NCBI GenBank assembly: GCA_964367645.1
Contig: CAYIYN010000002.1
Coordinates: 1 to 36,982 of the forward strand
Length of the DNA: 36,982 bases
Reading direction: 5' to 3'
Source: an uncultured Bacteroidaceae bacterium
Lineage (GTDB): Bacteria; Bacillota; Clostridia; Christensenellales; CAG-917
This document shows, one piece after another, positions 33,517 through 36,982 of this stretch. Position 1 is the stretch's first letter; every line of letters begins with the position of its first letter. A program made the translations under genes and the position numbers. A model generated the notes under the pieces. The model made no database searches, was not told the DNA's origin, and saw only the letters and a list, made by a program, of their open reading frames with translations.

Positions 33517-33785
33517 AGTTTTACTATTATACCCCATTCTCCGCTTCATACAAAGCGGTTTTTATGGATTGTTTTTGGTTTGATTTCAGTCAACGGTGTT
33601 TTGCCAAAAGGCCCCTTGACAAACCCCAAAACTTTTATGCAACCGAAAGTGAGAATTTATAAATTTCACGCTTTCGGTTGATTTTATGGTTTTTGTGGGA
33701 GTGTGAATATATCTTTTGGGAAGATTTTACTGTGTTTTTGCTATTCTTCGGTCAATGAAAAGGACGGAGGTTGCCTTCCTTCTTT

Positions 33786-34682
33786 TTATAGTTTTTCGTT
33801 AAACTTCAAAATCTGTACAAGAGCGTGGATACGCTCAAGGTCGTCGGCGTTGAAATAGTCGATGGATATGCGTCCTTTTTGGTCGTTCCCAACCAGTTTG
33901 ACTTTGGTGGCAAACACGCGCTTCATATCGCCCACAAGGTCTTTAAGTTCAAGAGAAAGCGGCTCTTTGCGTCTTGGTCCGGTTTGGATTTCACGTCTTG
34001 CAAAATACAATCTGACACGGTTTTCAAGGTCGCGAACAGTAAGTTTGTTTTCTATGGTTTGCTTTGCCAATAGCACTAGATATTCTTTGTCGTCAACGGT
34101 GATCAATGTGCGTGCATGCCCGGGCGTCAATGCTCCGCTCCGTACCATTTCTAGCACCTCGTCGGGGAGTTGCAACAGTCTGAGTATATTTGTAACGTAC
34201 GGGCGCGATTTTCCGATGCGTCCCGCAACGCCGTCTTGTGTAAGACCGTGCTTGTCCATAAGTTCTTTCATGGCTTCGGCGGCTTCGATGGCGTTTAGAT
34301 CTTCTCGCTGCAAGTTTTCAATCAAAGAAATTTCCGCTATCTGCTGAGGAGTGAATTCTCTGATGATAGCCGGCACGCTTTTTAACCCTGCCATATACGC
34401 TGCACGGAAACGGCGCTCTCCTGCGATTATCATAAATCTGCCAATCGAAGTTTTGACCAATATAAGCGGTTGCAGAACTCCGTATGTGGCGATTGACGCA
34501 GCCATTTCTTTCAGCGATTCTTCAGAAAAACTTTTTCTTGGCTGATTGGGGTTTCGGTCGATAAGCGTCATATCGATATTTGAAGTGGGAATTTCGGGAA
34601 TATCCACTTTCACGTTTTCCTCGTGGTCTGTAAATAGAGCATTAACGCCTCTGCCTCCGAGTCCGCCTATAGTCTTTGCCAT
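33786..34682 (-). CDS. parB: chromosome partitioning protein ParB/Spo0J
   Basis: 298 aa. ParB box GERRFRAA, HTH region, N-terminal NPNQPRK motif. It starts 13 nt after the parA stop. Confidence 0.9.
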   Translation of the reverse strand: MAKTIGGLGGRGVNALFTDHEENVKVDIPEIPTSNIDMTLIDRNPNQPRKSFSEESLKEMAASIATYGVLQPLILVKTSIGRFMIIAGERRFRAAYMAGLKSVPAIIREFTPQQIAEISLIENLQREDLNAIEAAEAMKELMDKHGLTQDGVAGRIGKSRPYVTNILRLLQLPDEVLEMVRSGALTPGHARTLITVDDKEYLVLLAKQTIENKLTVRDLENRVRLYFARREIQTGPRRKEPLSLELKDLVGDMKRVFATKVKLVGNDQKGRISIDYFNADDLERIHALVQILKFNEKL

Positions 34683-34694
34683 TGTCCTGTCCCC

Positions 34695-35462
34695 CTAGTT
34701 TATTTTCTTTATAAATTCTTCCGCAAGGGAAGCGTATGCCGATGCTCCGGCGCATCTTTTGTCATAAATCGCAACGGGTTTTCCGTAACTCGGAGCCTCG
34801 GCAAGCCTTATATTTCTGGGTATTTTTGCACCAAAAACCTTTTCTCCGAAAATCTTTTCTATCTCTCCCAACACACCTTGCGACAGTTTGCTTCGCCCAT
34901 CATAAAGAGTGATTACAACTCCTTCAACTTCAATGCGCGGATTCAGATATTTTTTTACAAGTTTTACCGTGTTCATAAGTTGTGACAAGCCTTCCAGCGC
35001 AAAATATTCACATTGTATCGGCACAACCACACTGTCCGCCGCCGTCAACGCGTTCACCGTTAAAAGTCCTAAAGCCGGCGGGCAATCTATAAATATATAA
35101 TCAAATTCTTTTTCAACGCCCTTAAGTTTTTCTTCAAAAACGCGTTCCCTGCCGATTGATACTTTGGCGAGTTCCATTTCCGCTCCGGCAAGGTCTTTTG
35201 AGGCGGGAAGCAGTTTTAATCCTTCAATTTCCGTGTCGTGAATAGCGTCTTTAATTTTCAATTCATCGCAAAGCACTTTATATAAAGAGTTATCTTGGCG
35301 ATTTTCAAACATTCCCAATCCACTTGAAGCGTTACCTTGCGGATCCATATCGCAAACTAGCACTTTTTTGCCCAACAGAGCGATATAGGCGCCCAAATTT
35401 ATACACGTTGTTGTCTTGCCAACTCCGCCTTTTTGATTTGAAAAAGCAACAATCTTTGCCAT
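34695..35462 (-). CDS. parA: chromosome partitioning ATPase ParA/Soj
   Basis: 255 aa with the deviant Walker A SNQKGGVGKTTT. It also has DMDPQGN and FIDCPP motifs. Confidence 0.9.
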   Translation of the reverse strand: MAKIVAFSNQKGGVGKTTTCINLGAYIALLGKKVLVCDMDPQGNASSGLGMFENRQDNSLYKVLCDELKIKDAIHDTEIEGLKLLPASKDLAGAEMELAKVSIGRERVFEEKLKGVEKEFDYIFIDCPPALGLLTVNALTAADSVVVPIQCEYFALEGLSQLMNTVKLVKKYLNPRIEVEGVVITLYDGRSKLSQGVLGEIEKIFGEKVFGAKIPRNIRLAEAPSYGKPVAIYDKRCAGASAYASLAEEFIKKIN

Positions 35463-35666
35463 GCCTTGATATTATCTTATTTTAATTAAACAATCAAGCG
35501 TGTTTCACAAACAGTTTCACATTTTAATAAGTTTTTTTGTTTTATTAAGTTGTTTTAAATTGTTTCATCATAAATAATAATTATCTGTTTGTTAATTGTT
35601 CAACATAAACTCAACTTTTAACAACATTATAAATTTTTCAAACTAAAAATATTTTCAAAAAATTAA

Positions 35667-35709
35667 AAATCCCGCGATAGGAAACTATTAGTTTTCTCTC
35701 ACGGGATTT
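35667..35709 (-). terminator. intrinsic terminator of dnaN
   Basis: AAATCCCG (35667-35674) / CGGGATTT (35702-35709) with an internally paired loop. On the minus strand it is followed by TTTTAATTTTTT. Confidence 0.65.
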
Positions 35710-35733
35710 GTTTTTTGGTTTCGTTGCGAATTA

Positions 35734-36834
35734 TTAACCGATAACACGCAGAGGCAAAATAAGATACAGCCAATTATCCTGCTCACCTTTTATGATGCCG
35801 GGGGCGGTTGACGATGTAAAGTTAAGTGTAATGAAAGGTTCAGTTATTGCGCGCATACAGTCTATTATATATTTGCTGTTAAATCCAATCGTCAAGTCTT
35901 TACCTTTCAAACCGATTGTCAGTTTTTCATTAACTTCACCGTCTTCACTGCGCGCGTTAAGGCTTATATTGTCCTCTTTAATTTCCATTTTAACGTACGC
36001 TTTTTTCTCACTTCTGTTCATAAGCGCGACGCGGTCGATGCTGTTTTCAAACTGTTTTTTATCAATTGTTATTTCTGTAGTAAATACGTTTGGAATAATC
36101 TTTTCATAATTTATATAATCTTCGGCTATAAGTCTGGTCATTATTTTTGTGTGGAATAAATCAACTAACACATAACTGCGATCAAGATATACCGTCATTG
36201 TTTCATCTTCGTCGTCGATAAGACGGCTAAGTTCCAACATGCTCTTGGCAGGAACTACAATTTTGTCAATAATTCCGTTGTTTTGAATTGGCATTCTGCT
36301 TAATGCAAGTCTATATCCATCGGATGCAACACCTTCGATTTCATTCTCTTTGATATTTAAACAAACACCTTTCAAAGAAGGTCTTGCTTCGTCTGTTGCA
36401 ACGTTAAATATAACTTTTCCAATAAGTTCCTTCAAATCCTTTTTCAAAATAATGAAGGAATTTTGTCTTTCTATCTCTTTGTAAACAGGATACTCTTCAA
36501 CTGCATAGCATTTTATATCGATTTTGCCGTCCAAAAACTTTATTGTGAGTTTTCCTTCGGCAGTGCCATCAAGTTCTATTTGTTCTTCTTCTATTTTTTT
36601 TGCATAATCGGCAAATAATTTGCCGGGAACGACGATTTCTCCTTCGACTTTAACTTCCGCATTGATTTTTTTCTCAATGGCAAGCTCTAAATCCGTTGCA
36701 AAAATAGAAAGAGTATCGCCGTCTGCAACAAGTTTAACACACTCTAAAATCGGGTTGCTTCTTTTTATAGGTAACGCTTTAACTACCTTTTGCAGAGCAT
36801 CGCTTAATTCCAAACCGCCGCAAATTACTTTCAT
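35734..36834 (-). CDS. dnaN: DNA polymerase III beta sliding clamp
   Basis: Start set at ATG 36834 (MKVICGGLELSDALQKV, a typical DnaN N-terminus) after GGAGA. The length of 366 aa is typical, and it ends ...LYLILPLRV. The 25-codon upstream extension in the ORF track is rejected. Confidence 0.9.
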   Translation of the reverse strand: MKVICGGLELSDALQKVVKALPIKRSNPILECVKLVADGDTLSIFATDLELAIEKKINAEVKVEGEIVVPGKLFADYAKKIEEEQIELDGTAEGKLTIKFLDGKIDIKCYAVEEYPVYKEIERQNSFIILKKDLKELIGKVIFNVATDEARPSLKGVCLNIKENEIEGVASDGYRLALSRMPIQNNGIIDKIVVPAKSMLELSRLIDDEDETMTVYLDRSYVLVDLFHTKIMTRLIAEDYINYEKIIPNVFTTEITIDKKQFENSIDRVALMNRSEKKAYVKMEIKEDNISLNARSEDGEVNEKLTIGLKGKDLTIGFNSKYIIDCMRAITEPFITLNFTSSTAPGIIKGEQDNWLYLILPLRVIG

Positions 36835-36982
36835 ATTTATCTCCATTTTCCATTTATGGTTATTGTTTTTATCTTTAATAATAATATCATATATAAGCAC
36901 CATTGACAAGTGGAAAAACTAAAAACAACCACAATAGGTAGCGAGTTACTATTCTATAAAACCTCTATATGTACCAAAATAT

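Noticed and set aside
17728-36909. N-terminal extensions given by the ORF track. Affected genes: LysR (to 18675), the dehydrogenase (to 12347), the ABC ATPase (from 24099), the binding protein (from 22162), the oxidoreductase (from 28131), the zinc-ribbon protein (to 31374), the permease (to 32495), recF (to 33549) and dnaN (to 36909).
   Set aside because: In each case an internal start has a proper SD, or a consensus promoter or terminator occupies the extension. The family-typical N-terminus also begins at the internal Met. Starts were re-set accordingly, and they remain predictions.
1-36982. Defence islands, toxin-antitoxin pairs, prophage or transposon content
   Set aside because: I found no recombinase, transposase or RT, no nuclease/helicase/ATPase pairs typical of defence systems, and no terminal inverted repeats. 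Apart from dnaN, gene composition looks uniform by eye.

Overview
The window looks like an origin-proximal chromosomal segment of a moderate-GC, Gram-positive, Clostridia-like bacterium. Supporting signs are AGGAGG-type ribosome-binding sites, TTGACA/TATAAT promoters and a yyaC sporulation gene. About 32 protein genes, one tRNA-Asn and several repeat or hairpin elements are supportable.

Gene content, left to right:
- A truncated membrane-protein gene, then yyaC.
- A CvpA-like membrane protein followed by a 1454-aa membrane-anchored repeat protein and a GNAT acetyltransferase.
- tRNA-Asn followed by a near-perfect 301-bp tandem duplication.
- A GPH-family symporter plus a membrane-anchored alpha/beta hydrolase.
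- An organosulfonate/sulfite cluster. On the minus strand it holds a LysR regulator, a GltS-family symporter, an Xsc-like sulfoacetaldehyde acetyltransferase, a second ThDP enzyme, a 3-hydroxyacyl-dehydrogenase-fold enzyme and a small membrane protein. Divergent from these are a small beta-barrel-like ORF and asrABC (anaerobic sulfite reductase).
- A FecBCD/BtuCDF-type ABC importer.
- A sugar-related set: aldo-keto reductase, class I mannose-6-phosphate isomerase and a Gfo/Idh/MocA oxidoreductase.
- An 8-copy 17-bp tandem array.
- A zinc-ribbon polytopic membrane protein behind a consensus promoter that abuts its ATG.
- An atypical replication/segregation block, dnaN-parA-parB-recF-metal permease.

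The best candidate for something undescribed is the Xsc/AsrABC locus. Its feeder enzymes do not correspond to the known sulfoacetaldehyde-forming steps. No CRISPR array, rRNA, transposase, integrase or recognisable defence system was seen. All family assignments rest on motifs read by eye and on memory of the families, not on database searches.
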